This document shows, piece by piece, positions 45,439 to 58,800 of a stretch of DNA of 64,000 nt. How positions within the stretch are numbered: the first letter of the stretch is position 1; every line of letters begins with the position of its first letter. This stretch comes from Elsinoe ampelina. Its lineage: Eukaryota. Under the pieces are notes generated by a model. That model did no database searches. It saw only the letters and a program-made list of their open reading frames with translations, and had not been told where the DNA came from. The stretch covers positions 2,124,919 through 2,188,918 of the forward strand of contig ML992503.1 in the NCBI GenBank assembly GCA_010093995.1, given 5' to 3'. Position numbers and translations under genes: made by a program.

Positions 45439-46638
45439 TTAGAGCTTGATGACTTCCTTCACTCGACGATCCGGCCCAACGACCAGTCGCAATTGACGGC
45501 CCTTCTCCGGATATGAGCCTGACCTCAACTTGACGCCGTACAGTTCATACGCCGGATAGTCTGTCAAGGGTAAGTATGTCACTCTTCATGAGGCCTATTC
45601 GCAACTCACAGCCATTCACAAAGTGGATGACCTGCTCTTCTGTCATTCCAGTACCTTTCGAGGCCCGCAGTGCTGTCTCCTGCTGCTGTCTCCAGTCATA
45701 GACATACTGTGTGTCTTCTGCATCACTACGCACTATCAACAAATTGAGCTCCAATCATGATCACAAGGCACTTACATGTGCACCAAAGCATCGAGTTCAC
45801 TGGAAATCAGGTCAGCAATTTCCACTTTCGTCTGGTCGGACGGCTTACTCTGTCATCTGGTCGTACTCCTTCAATGCTTGATTGACGAATTGCACATCCT
45901 CAAGCTTCAGTTTACCCAACTGTCCTTTGTAGGAGCTTCCAGATTCGGCTTCCTGCTTGGCTTGTTTCCAAGTGCTCTGCAATTCGGCGTCATCAAGAGG
46001 CTTGAACCCGACACACCAACCCTCGAAGATGATGACCTCGACAGGCTTGTTGCCTTCCTTGTTGATGGTGTGCCATTCACTCTGCGGACGGCGATCGCCC
46101 TGCCCGGAGAATTGGCTCTTGTCGTAGCTTGGAATCTTGATGTTTGCTTTGCGGCTCTTCAGTGCGGAGAAAAGCTCGACGCCAAGGGAAACATCGTGAG
46201 TGGAAGGCTGTCCTCTGTGCTGAACCAGGGGATTATTAGGATGTGATTGAGCTAATTGAACTTGTCGGTCGTGTGGCAAGTATAGATCATCGATGGACAA
46301 GACCACGGTTGGAAGATTGTACGGTTCAGAGGTCAAGAGGGAACAGAGCGTCTCGACCTACAGCTGTCAGGCACCGTTGATCAATGCGAGGGATATTCTA
46401 CACCGACGACGATGAATGGAATGGATGATGGATGAGTGAATGTATGAATGGCACGTGATCAGTATAAAGGTAAATGACCTACCAAGGTGGTCTTGCCCGC
46501 ACCCTGCACACCATTCAGACCGAGGAAGAAAGGCGGAGGAGTCTGGTCCAAGCCCTTGTAGTGGTCCTGACTTGCTTTGATACGTTCCAGAATGAATGGA
46601 ATGACATGCTCGGATTTGTCGTCAACGATCTGAGCCAT
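45439..46638 (-). CDS. TDA10: P-loop kinase, Tda10/D-glycerate 3-kinase-like; 5 exons incl. 24-nt micro-exon 45776-45799
   Basis: GLNGVQGAGKTT, SIDDLYL, RGQPSTHD, YDKSQFSGQGDR, FEGWCVGF, YVYDWRQQQE and YYPAYELY. Introns are canonical. Confidence 0.85.
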
Positions 46639-46761
46639 GACTGCAACCGAGTGCCGAAGAATGCCTGAGTGGGCAGAAGAGATCGGGACTTGCAGTGTTG
46701 CTTCCAGTTCCAGTTCCTGGGGCATGTGAAATCACCCCAAAGTGGCCCAAGCTTCTCCATC

Positions 46762-46782
46762 CCTCGGCTCTGTCAACCTCGG
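46762..46782 (+). promoter_or_regulatory. Two CCTCGG cores (FarA/FarB fatty-acid-response elements) upstream of FOX2
   Basis: CCTCGG at 46762-46767 and 46777-46782, ~160-180 bp upstream of the FOX2 ATG. Confidence 0.6.
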
Positions 46783-46940
46783 CCTCGCTGGATTGATCTG
46801 CCCCAGATCCAGACGTTACGTCTGTTCGGCATCTCCTTCTGAAGCTCTCCACGCTCTGAAGACTAATCTCCTCCTTCTCAAGACTCTTTTCTTTCCTCTT
46901 TCCTCTTTCTTCTCTCATATCCTATCATATATCACACAAA

Positions 46941-49865
46941 ATGGCTGGAGATCAATTACGCTGGGACGGACAGACTGTCGTCGTCACTGGTGCGGGGGGT
47001 GGCCTCGGAAAGGCATATGCCATTTTCTTTGGCTCCAGGGGTGCCAATGTCGTCGTGAATGATCTCGGTGGCTCCTTCAAGGGCGAGGGTGCTTCCACCA
47101 AGGTCAGCAGCAGCTGTTTCAATCACGGCCAGTGTTCAAACTGACAGTCTTCAGGCCGCCGATGTTGTTGTCGACGAGATCAAGAAGGCCGGTGGTAATG
47201 CTGTCGCAAACTACGATTCGGTTGAGGACGGAGACAAGATCATCGATACCGCGATCAAGGCATTCGGCAGAATCGATGTACTCATCAACAACGCCGGTAT
47301 CCTCAGAGACATCAGCTTCAAAAACATCAAGGATGCGGATTGGGACCTGATCATGAAGGTCCACGTCAGGGGTTCATACAAGGTGAACTAGACGGACAGC
47401 AGTACCGTGACCACCTCGCTGACTATCGCAGTGCGCCCGAGCTGCATGGCCTCATTTCAGGAAGCAGAAGTATGGACGAGTGATCAACACCGCGTCCGCT
47501 GCTGGACTTTTTGGCTCTTTCGGCCAGACCAACTACTCAGGTACGTCCATCTGGACTATAGCCCAACTCTCGACATGACTGACCAGCGCAGCCGCAAAAC
47601 TCGCCCTCGTCGGTTTCACCGAGACTCTTGCAAAGGAAGGTCTCAAGTACAACATTCTCTGCAACGTCATTGCACCAATCGCCGCATCAAGAATGACCGA
47701 GACCGTCATGCCCCCTGATGTCCTCGAAAATCTCAAGCCAGACTGGGTTGTTCCGATCGTTGCAGTCCTCACACACAAGTCCAACACAGAAGAGACGGGA
47801 TCGATATTCGAGGCTGGAGGTGGACACGTCGCTAAGCTCCGGTGGGAGCGTGCAAAGGGTGCTCTCCTCCGAGCCGACGATAGCCTGACCCCTGGCTCCA
47901 TTCTCAAGAAGTGGAACGATGTCAAGGACTTTAGCAAGCCACAATATCCGAATGGCGTAGCCAACTTCGCCGAGCTCCTCGAGGAGGCTCAGAAGTTGCC
48001 ACCAAACCCACCTGCCGAAAACCCTGAGTTCAAGGACCGCGTTGCCTTGATCACTGGAGCCGGTGCTGGTCTCGGCCGCATCTACGCTCTCCAGTTCGCG
48101 AAGTACGGCGCCAAGATTGTGGTCAACGATCTTATGAACCCAGACAATACCGTCCAGGAGATTCAGAAAATGGGTGGCCAAGCCGTTGGTGTCAAGGCCT
48201 CCGCAGAAGACGGAGAAGCATTGGTCAAGGCCGCGATTGACGCATTTGGCCGCATCGATATCATTGTCAACAACGCCGGTATCCTCCGCGACAAGGCATT
48301 CGCCAACATGGACGATGCTCAATTTGACCAAGTCCTGAATGTCCATCTTAGAGGCACTTACAAGACCACGAAGGCCGCCTGGCCATACTTCCTCAAGCAG
48401 AAGTACGGCCGTGTTGTGAACACCACCAGTACCAGCGGTATATACGGCAACTTCGGGCAGGCAAACTATGCGGCTGCCAAGTGCGGCATCCTCGGTTTCT
48501 CTAGGGCTCTCGCTCGCGAAGGTGCCAAGTACAACATCTACGTCAACACCATCGCCCCCAACGCTGGTACCGCCATGACCAAGACCATCCTGCCAGAAGA
48601 GCTCGTTCAAGCCTTCAAGCCTGACTACGTCGCGCCTCTCGTTGTCCTGCTCTCGTCCGACAAAGTCCCTGAACCCACCGGCAAGCTTTACGAAGTAGGC
48701 TCTGGCTGGTTCGCTCAGACCCGCTGGCAGAGAACTGGCGGTCACGGCTTCCCGGTCGATGTGCCACTCACCCCAGAAGCTGTCGTTGGCCAGTGGAAGC
48801 GCATCATTGACTTCGAAGATGGCCGCGCCGATCACCCAGAAGACCCACAGGCGGGTACCGCGTCGATCATGAAGAACATGACCAACCGAAGTGGTGGCTC
48901 CAAGCCAGCGGCGAAGAAGGCTGCTGCTCCTAACAAGGAGATTCTCGCCAACATTGAGAAGGCTAAGAAGGCACAGGCTGAGGGCATTGAATTCAATTAC
49001 GACGAGCGTGATGTCATCCTTTACAGTAAGTCTTGAGATGTATGCTTTCAATATTACAGACTAACACAATCCAGACCTCGGTGTCGGCGCCAAGCGAACA
49101 GATCTTCCGCTTGTCTTCGAGCAGGACGACAACTTCCAGGTCCTTCCAACTTTCGGTGTCATTCCTCCATTCAACGCTGTCTCTCCCTTCCAAATGGGCG
49201 ATGTCGTCCCCAACTTCTCGCCCATGATGCTGCTTCACGGTGAGCAGTTCCTCGAGATCCGCCAGTTCCCAATTCCCACCGACGCCACTCTCGTATCATA
49301 CCCCAAGCTGGTTGAGGTCGTAGACAAGGGTAACGCCGGCATCGTCGTGACTGGATCGACCACCAAGGATAAGCGGACGGGCAAGGATGTCTTCTACAAC
49401 GAGTCCACCGTCTTCATCCGCGGCTCGGGCGGCTTCGGTGGCCCCAACAAGGGTAGCGACCGTGGCGCTTCTACTCGTGTCTACAAGACACCTTCTCGCA
49501 AGCCCGACGCTGTCGTTGAGGAGACTACCACGCAAGAACAAGCCGCCGTATACCGCTTGTCTGGCGATCGCAACCCACTGCACATCGATCCCGAGTTCAG
49601 CAAGGTTGGTGGCTTCGACACCCCCATCCTGCATGGTCTCTGCTTCTTCGGTATCGCCGGCAAGGCTGTGCTCCGGACATATGGACAATTCAAGAACATC
49701 AAGGTCAGGTTTGCCGGCACCGTACTGCCTGGACAGACTCTCATTACGGAAATGTGGAAAGAGAGCAACGTGGTCATTTTCCAGACCAAGGTCAAGGAGA
49801 CGGGCAAGCTGTGCATCGCCGGTGCGGGTGCCGAACTTGTTGATGGAGGCAAGGCAAAGTTGTAG
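46941..49865 (+). CDS. FOX2: Peroxisomal multifunctional beta-oxidation enzyme (2 SDR domains + hydratase 2); 4 introns
   Basis: Two SDR domains (TGAGGGLG / [28 protein letters not shown]), hydratase [20 protein letters not shown] and PTS1 -AKL. Confidence 0.97.
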
Positions 49866-50267
49866 ATTCCCAGCATGTGTAATTCTGTGCAAAATAGGTA
49901 GTTTGGAATGTTACGGTGTGAATCCGGCTGTTTCCAAGATGAACCATGAATTTTAGTGAATGCTGAGCCATGGGCGATGCCAGCAGAGGGCGAGAGCTGA
50001 GCTTTGACCTCTGCCCGCATCTCTGGTTTCAAGTGGCCCGCGGTGACGAAGTCTTTCCAAGACCAAGAGACGTAGCCTGCCATTCAATCCGCTCAGCATA
50101 CCAGGCTGTTCTCTGCGGACAAGAGAACGGATCTATCTATGCTCAATCCAATTTAAACTGACACCACGAGCGCGCAACGCCACTTCGAACCGCATTTCAG
50201 CTCTGGCGCCTGATCTACCACATCCCACCGGCAGACGAGGCATCGCTGTTTGAGACCATTGGCAGTA

Positions 50268-53200
50268 ATGTCTGCGGCACCTTTCAAAGTCAAGGCTGTC
50301 TTTGAGTACAGCAGTCCACATGAGGACGATCTGAGCTTCCCCAATGGCCAGATCATCACTGTGACGGAAGAGGAAGATGCGGATTGGTATGTGGGGGAAT
50401 ACACCGACGAGCAAGGAGCACCACAATCTGGTCTCTTCCCAAAGAACTTTGTGGAAAGGTACGAGCCGGAGGTGCCATCACGACCTACAAGACCTGCCAG
50501 GTCAAAGGGTACCGTACAATCACCACCTACGCAGGCTGCCGAGTTCGCCGATGACGAGGACACCGCTGCCCCTCCACCAAACGTGGAATCCAAGCCAGCT
50601 CCAGCGCCTGCACCTGCACAAGACCCCGAGCCAGTAGCTGAGAAGCCTCCACCACCAGCAAGAGAAGAGCCGAAGGCCGCACCAGCACAAGCTCCAATCG
50701 CAGCGGCGGATACCCCCTCGAAACCTGAGCAACCAACGTCGGGCACTCCAGGTAAAGGACCGCCGCCCCCCGTCGCCGCCAAATCAAGCTCATTCAAGGA
50801 TCGAATTGCTGCTTTCAACAAGAGTGCAGATGCGCCTGTACTTCCATTCAAGCCTTCCGGGAGCACGGGGAGCTATGGCATCAAGAAACCATTTGTCGCG
50901 CCTCCACCAAGCAGAAACGCGTATGTCCCTCCGCCGAAGCCCGACCCGGTCCAAAAGATATATCGTCGAGATGAAGACCCAGAAATTGCTGAGCGCCTTG
51001 CAGAGGACCGGGCAGCTGCGGAGTCTGCTGGATTGGCAGTTTCTCAGGATCTGGGAACTGCTGATGCCGAGGAGGGAGAAGATGCGCCAAAGCCGCAAAG
51101 CTTGAAGGACAGAATCGCACTTTTGCAGAAACAGCAAGCCGAACAAGCACAAAGACGCGCGGATGCGGGAGGCAAGGAGAAGCCGAAGCGTCCATCCAAG
51201 AAGCGCACAGAGTCCGCTGAGCAGGTTGCGGCCGAGGAGGATGTGCAAGACGAGTCGGAGAAGTCCCTGCCAATACGAACGTCACAAGATGTCCCGGATC
51301 AGTTACAGACAACGAGAACGAGGACCATGTCTCCAGCACCAATGTCGCCATCAGTGCGAGAGCATGACATCCTTAGCGACGGCAACGAAGCAGATCAGTC
51401 CGCAGCCGGGGAGACAACGGAAGCAAATGAAGACACTTCGGATGCGGATGAAGGCGAGCCACAGAGGTCTGCCCCTCCAACGCGGCCTGTGCGAGCCGCT
51501 GCAGCTCCTGCTCATGAAGCAGATGTAGGCGACGAGGAGGACACAACAGAAGGTCAGTCCGAAGAAGATGAGATGGACGAGGAGACTCGACGGAAATTAG
51601 AGCTGCGTGAGCGCATGGCGAAGATCAGTGGCGGTATGGGAATGGCTGGAATGTTTGGCCCGCAACCAGGCATGGCTATTGCACCGCCGCGGCAAAAATC
51701 CACAAAGTCGAAAGAGCCGAGAGAGCGGAAGGTAAGTGAGGATAAGCCGGCATCGCCTCCACAACCACCGCGAGCAATGATTCCTGTGCCGGGCATGATG
51801 CCGCAGGTTGCTAGCCCGCAATCAGAAGATACCGAATTTGCAGTGGGTAAGGAGGAAGAGCCAGCTGGATCAATCACTAATACACGGGACCCCGATGAGA
51901 CACCCGATGTTGAGGACGTAAAGCCTCCCCCACCACCAAAGGAGAGCAGGAAAAGTATGGATGGTAAGCAAGTCGAAGCCAGCACATAGAAAGTAGGAGC
52001 TGACAATCCGGCAAGATCGAGGTGCAGCGCCTCCTGTACCGGGCGACAGGCCTGTGCCATTGCCACCACCGTCTTCTTGTATGTTCGAACTTTGAGAATC
52101 ACCTCACAAGGTACTGATCTATCTAGCACGACCAATGCCACCTGCTCCTCCAGCGAGGGTCCCACAATCGCCGGATCCAAGCGAACAGCCGCCACAGAGT
52201 AAGCGCTCCTCTGTCGAGACACCGAGGGGCACAGAACCACCATCGAGTCGCGGTTTACCACCTCCTGTACCAGGCACTCGAGGTTCAGTGGACAGCGCAC
52301 GATCACCGCCACCTCTACCTGGCCAGGCATCGTATTTTGGGAATGACGCTCAGTCGGAAGCGTCAATACCTGTCAGTAACGATCGCCGTATGAGCCGAGG
52401 AGCTCCACCTCCCGTTCCTGGCATACCACCAACATCGCCGCCCCTCCATTCACGTCCTCCGCCGCCTCCGCCGCCAGCTGCTGCTCCTGTAGAAGATCCT
52501 GATGAGGGTGAAAGCGAGTATGAGGGCGATTATGATACAGACATCGCATCTAGCGACAAACACAAGGCTGCCCTGAAGGCGCATCAAAGACAGCCAAGCT
52601 TAGACGAGAGCACAACGGCAGATGATCTGTCTGTTCAAAGATCCCCTCCTCCACTGCCAACATCTCCACCGACGCAACACAGAGCAGTGCCACCGCCGCC
52701 ACCTGGTCAGGTATCGAGAGGCAAGCAATCCACCGATCTTCCACGCACTGCCCCTCCGCCTTTACCGCCGTCAAGGCCACCTCCTGCAGATGAGCAGGAT
52801 GAAGATGATGACGATGATGGTCTGGATAATTACCAGCGGTACCAGGATTCACAGAGACCCGTACCACCGCCTCCACCAACAGCAGCTCCGGCGCCCGTGC
52901 CCAGTCATGCTGCAGACACTACAGCACAAGACAGCTCAGACGACCTGTACTCGGCGCCAACACGAAAGTCGGTGGAAGCGCCGAGAACAGTGCCACCTCC
53001 CCCGACGGAGACCTCACCACGTCCCGCCGAATCATCTCGCTTCGGTGGGCGACAATCTCTCGACGCCGTCCGCGCACTCAACCGCAAATCCATGGACGCT
53101 CCCCGCCCCTCGACGTCCAGCGACGGCTTCATCGCCACCGACATCGACCTCCCCACCTCCCCTCAATGGTGGGCCCAACCCTCCACCCCGCCTCCCGTCT

Positions 53201-53922
53201 TCCAAAACCGCCACGACCTCCTCTTCGAAGTCGAGGAATCCTCCACCTCCAAACGCGGCGGCAAAACCACAATCTCAAAAGACATCTACGTCCTCTTCCA
53301 CGACTACTCCCAAACCATCATCACCGCGACCTACGACAAATCCAACCCCTCGGACGTCACCCTCGATCAACGCCACGAACCCCCGCCCCCCCGCCTCCGC
53401 CAAGACCAGCTGGAATCCGCCTGGTCCTCCTTCGGCTCGCGCATCGCGTCCGAAGCCGAACGCCTCGCCTCTGCGAAAAAAGACAAAGACGGCCTCGGCG
53501 ACGGCACGCCCTTTGCCCTCGCGCACGAGCTCATCCGCTCACACCCCACCGCCCTGCTCCCCGTGGGCAACAGGTCGTACGGCGCCCTGGTGTACGCCAA
53601 CATCGGCAACGCGTCGGTGCAGCAGTTCGACGAGATCCGCGCGGGGGACATGGTCACGTTCCGCAACGCGAAGCTGCAGGGGAAACATGGGTTGCAGAAG
53701 TATAGCTCCGAGGTCGGGACGGGGGGCCAAGGGCACGTGGCTGTCGTGGTGGAGTGGGATGGAACGAAGAAGAAGGTGAGGGCTGTGGAGCAGGGGAGGG
53801 ATGACAAGGGGAGGGTGAAGGTGAGGGGGGAGAGTTATCGGTTGGGGGATCTGAAGAGTGGGGAGGTGAGGGTTTGGAGGGTGGTGGGGAGGGGGTGGGT
53901 GGGGTGGGATGAGGGGGCGTGA
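50268..53922 (+). CDS. BBC1: SH3-domain, Pro-rich myosin-tail-interacting protein (Bbc1/Mti1); two introns near 51964-52126
   Basis: N-terminal SH3 (AVFEYSSPHEDDLSF...WYVGEY...GLFPKNFVE), SFKDRIAAFN, LRERMAKISGGMGM and conserved C-terminal domain (YGALVYAN, EWDGTKKK, SGEVRVWRV). Confidence 0.85.
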
Positions 53923-54606
53923 GTGTAGATACAGGGGGAAGGGGAGGAGGGGATGGAGAGGATAGAGCGGAAGGGAATAATGTATTGTTTTGCTTTGTCT
54001 ATGACTATGCGTCTAGTGATGATGTGGAGCTTTTGCTCGTGATGTCATACATGGTGCCTGTTCCTGGACCCGCTTGGTCGCTTATGCGATGCGTGCCCGC
54101 GCCTATCAATGCCTTCGTACCATTTTCGCGGGCCGCCAGGCTTCTTCGATTGCGACCTGGTCAGGGTGGCGCTTGCAGCCGCGCTCCTTTTTGATACCAG
54201 GGTAGTCATGCTCCTTGGCGATCTGCTCCTTCCTTCCACGAGCGGCGCCGTTCGATGGCCTATGTTTGATTGCATAGGACGCTCCTCGGCAATCGCGATA
54301 TGTACCGGCCCCATTGACGCCGTCATACCCTTGCTCCGTGGTCTTGCATCCCTCTCGCGAGTCGTGCAAATAGTGGTGCGGCTTCCCCTCCTTCCCTTCT
54401 TCATCCCACGGCCGTATCGACTCCTTCTTCTTGGGGTCATGGAGCTTTATCTTTGGACGTTGACATTCTCGGCGATCATGTCCCTTGACTTCTGCCACTG
54501 GTGTCCCATGATGGTCGAGGTCTATTCGGGTCTCTCCATATTTCGCTGGCCGCGGGGGAATTGGGATAATCGTTGTGTCGGCACTGAATTTGACCCTTCT
54601 GCCATG

Positions 54607-55181
54607 CTATGTCTGCGCTGTCTTTTGATTGATGGGTGTGCTCCTCTTCTTGAACTCCCTGTCCTGGTTGTTGATCGTGTACACCATGCCTGCAGCCACG
54701 GCTGTCTGATCTGCCGGCATGCTGTTGAAATGCTTCCTGACAGCGGTCGCGAGGTGCTGCTTCGACGTCTGTTTCTGTGCCGCTCTGTGTTTTGCGATTG
54801 CTGTGGGGGAGTGTCGACCAAGACCTTTGTTCTCGAGGACGGCGCGGTGGAAGGTGTTTGTGTATGGGGCTGGTAGGGCAAGTCTGTGCTGGAAGCGGTA
54901 TCTCTGAAGGACTTCAATGTCTTCCTTGTCCCATGAGAGCTAAGGTGTGTTAGCTTCGTCGTCTTGAGATTTTTGGGAGTATGTCCTACGCCTTTAGAGC
55001 TATCCTGTCCATCGTGGCCACCGTCGACACCATTGACCTTGGATTGATCTTTGGGAGTGCTGTTTGCTACTTGATTCAAAGCTGAGTTGGCGGGCTTCTT
55101 GCCCATAGCCTTTGCTGAAGGAGCTTGCGCTTTGGAGCTCGAGGACGAGTCGTCTTGTGCGGTCTTCTTGGTTGGGGCCAT
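54607..55181 (-). CDS. SAP30: Sin3/Rpd3L histone deacetylase subunit SAP30-like; intron 54940-54989
   Basis: After splicing, exon 2 reads LSWDKEDIEVLQRYRFQHRL...GLGRHSPT...SKQHLATAVRKHFNS...VYTINNQDREFK, typical of the SAP30 Sin3-binding domain. Confidence 0.75.
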
Positions 55182-55829
55182 TTCTGTCGCGTGTCGCGGG
55201 TGATTTGTGATTTACAAGGAGCGATGCAAGGCGGACAAGTGTACTGTACAGGAAGTGCACATTGTGCGATTGTTACAAAGAAATATGAACAATTGTGCTA
55301 TTGCTATTCAACGAGGAATTGCTATTGACGCGAATGGTCAGTCACCGAGGCACGCTAAGGCACTCACGCTGCACGAAATTACAGGCAAGACGTCATCCTC
55401 TCCAGCCAGGGCTCGGCTTGTGATTGGTCACAGACCTGTTCTCCAAATTGACGAGGCGGAGACGTGTGGCGGTGCGCCAGGAAAAAAGCACAAGCCACAC
55501 ATACACATCTGTAGCATCCTCCGCGCTTGTAGAGAAAAATAAACACACAAGCTTCCAACATCCACGGCAGCAAGGCGGCAATCAAGTCGGGCATCATCAC
55601 TCAGACGACACGTATTAATGTGGATGTTGAGAGTGGATTCAGCATCGATGGTGTACCTGCTGAGTCCACTGAGCAACATTGAAGGACATGACACTAGCAC
55701 ACAAGATGCCCATTTTCAGAAGCACAGAGATCGCATGCTCATTATGCATTCCAAGCCCTCTTCTATAGTAAATACTCTGGCCAATTGTAATGGTACCCTC
55801 ATTCAACCCACATATGCACGGTGAGAAAC

Positions 55830-58800
55830 TCAATCAATCACCTCCTGTTTGACCACCACCTCTCGTTCTCCCCCATCCTCATCCATCTCACCAATTACAA
55901 CCATCTCCCTCTCACCTCCTTCCCTCTTCACCTCCACAATCTCCACTCTCCTTCCCGGCGCAGGCCTCACTTCGCTCGCCAAACACACCGTCTCAATCCC
56001 CGCCGGCATCCTCTCATCCTCCGGGCCCCACGGCAAATTATCCACATCAATCTCCAAATTCAACAAACTCCTCAGTATCACCTCGGCACCAGCTTTACTC
56101 ATCACCATATTCGCCTCCTTGCACCTCTCCGAACAACAACACTCCAAACACCCCTCATTACAATGGCACGCCTCCACCCGCTTGCAAGCCTGCACCAACA
56201 ACAAATCAATAAACTCAAACGCCTTGGTACTGATCCCTGACCCATGCGCACCCCCCTTACTATCGTAAAACGTCAACCGTGCCGGCCTCTTCCTCGTCGT
56301 CTCCTTCTTCGCAAACTCTTTGATCGCGACTTTACACTCCGTCTTAACGTCCCCCGGCATACTAATCACAAAATTCGGCATCAGACTCAGAATCGCATGT
56401 TCCGCGGCGTGGATCGCCCCGGCCACATTCAACCTCCTCGAATCGAGTATCTCGATCGCGGACTTGGGGACGTCGAGCCACATCCCTTTACTGAAGATCA
56501 CAATGGGCGGATTATCCACCTCCACGGCGTCGAGGATGCGTCGCTTCTTGTCGATCTTGAAGAAGCCAAAGACGTTTTGCACGACTTTGATGGTGCCGAA
56601 GAAGGCGCGGGAGAGGGAGCCGGGGATGCGGCGGATGGCTTCGGTTTCGATGGGGTCAATGTCGGTGAAGTCGCGCTGTTGCGTGGTCCAGTCGACTTTG
56701 ACGAGCTCGACTTTGGCCACCATGCGTTCGGTGGACATTTCTTTGACCAGGTATGTGTGCCCTTGGTGCAGGAAGATGCCGCCTTCGTAGATGGTGAAGA
56801 AGGCCCGGTCGGCTTCGAGTTCTTCGAGGACCGTGTTGCGGTTGGCCGTCGTGTCGATGATGGCGAAGTGGCTGTCGGCTGTGTCGCGGATGGCGACGGT
56901 GCGGGACGGGTAGGGGAGGAAGCGCTCGTCCGTGTGGTAGAAGCCGAGGTCGTCTTTGCGCATGCGGGTGGTGCAGATCTCGGTGAGGAGTTTGCCGAAG
57001 TAGGCCTCGTCGTTGTCGGGGTGGACGGGCATTTCGTGGGCGGCGCATTGGAGGTGGCCTTCGAGGACGAGCATGTTGGTCAGGTCGATGGAGAGCTCGC
57101 AGTGAGGCTTTGTGAAGATCTCGTCTGGGTTCTCCATGAAGTATTGGTCGGTGGGGAAACAGTCGCCGACGAGGACCGAGAGGGAGTCCTTGTTTCGACG
57201 ACCAGCTCTGCCGGATTGTTGACGAAGATTAGCGACTGTGTAAGGGAAGCCGACGGTGATGACTGCATCGAGAGAGCCAATATCGACACCGAGCTCTAGA
57301 GCGTTCGTACCAACGATGCCAACAAGCTTGCCTGTGAACATCTCTTTCTCGATCATCCGTCGGTCCTGCGGAGTGTAGCCACCTCTGTATGCCATGATAC
57401 GATTGATGACCTCCGGTCGCTCCAGTGCCTGCAACTCTTGCTTGACAGAATTGAGCATTACTTCGCATTGCTTGCGGACTCTGCAGAATGAGATGACCCT
57501 GACACCTCTTAACACAAGCTGACAGAATAGCTTCGCGGCTTCGGCCATTGTATCGCCCCTGCCGGACGACGGATCAGCAGGATCTTTAAAGGGAGTGTTC
57601 CAGCACAAGAACTCCTTCCTGCCGGATGGAGACCCGTCGTAGTCGGTGAGCTTGACCTCGTCCACACCAAAGATAGTCTTCATGTGCTGCTCTGGGTTTG
57701 CCACGGTGGCCGAGCACGAAATGAACTTGACATGACGATTGCCAACAGCTGTGCAAATTCTTCGGAGTCTCCGCATGATCAGAGCAACGTGAGCGCCGAA
57801 TAGACCATTATAGACGTGGAGCTCATCCACCACAACGAAACGGAGATTCTGCAAGAACGTTCTCCAAGCTTCTTCCTGCGGCAGGATCGTGATATGCAGC
57901 ATGTCAGGATTGGTAAAGATGATTCGTGCCTCGTCTCGAATATAATTCCGGGTCGGCATGGGTGTGTCACCATCGAAAGTGTCCACTACCATGTCTTGCA
58001 GTCCATCCATGAAGTGCATAATGTCTTTGAGACTTCGTCGCTGATCCTGAGCAAGAGCCTTGGTCGGGAAGATGTACATTGCTCGAGCGTCCTTGTTCCT
58101 CTCCAGCTCATGCAGCACTGGGATTTGATAGATGAGCGATTTACCGGAACTGGTGGATGTGGAGACAATGACATTGTGTCCGTCGTAGAGGTTGTTGATG
58201 GCCTCGGCTTGATGGGCGTATAGCTGAGTGATGCTCCTGGTGTTATACAGAGCATTGACAAGACTCTGAGAGAGCTCAAAATTGAGATCTCCGTACACGG
58301 GCGCTTGAGGATCGAAGACTCGGTGGCCGTCTGGCACGATTTGACCTGTGTACCACTCCATCGACTTGATCTCGCTGATAATCTGGGGTATAGAATCCCT
58401 TTCATCCGGTATCGATTTGGGCAGCTTAGCTCTAGCTTCTGGATTTGGTGTGGCAGGTCTGCTGTCAGCAGGCGCAGGTATATTGGCAGCATGATCCAGA
58501 TCTAGCTTCTCCACCGGATCGACGCCCTCCTCTGTGCACTCATTGAGCCAGGCATTCACGGCTGAGGTGAACTTGGTGTTACGCTTTGTAATCAAGTTCA
58601 ACATCTGCTTTTGGCTGAATACCGGCATCTTCAGATCCTCTTCCCGCAGCTTTCGAGTGACTTTGGTGGGTTCACCGGTCTTTTTGTGGGATACTTGACG
58701 TTTGAGATCTCCGTCAATGAATTCAAACAGAAGAACCTCCCTATGTTCAGAGTTCTCAACAGCATCTGCGGGATCTGGTAACATAAACTCCTTTGCCCGC

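Noticed and set aside
47687..49051. 454-aa minus-strand ORF and similar long overlapping ORFs (e.g. 26980-27840, 27446-28414, 52622-53779, 56244-57299)
   Set aside because: Antisense or alternate-frame shadows of GC3-rich real genes.
54109..54876. 255-aa hydrophobic plus-strand ORF
   Set aside because: Most simply the antisense shadow of the Lys/Glu-rich SAP30 frame, with no recognisable motif.
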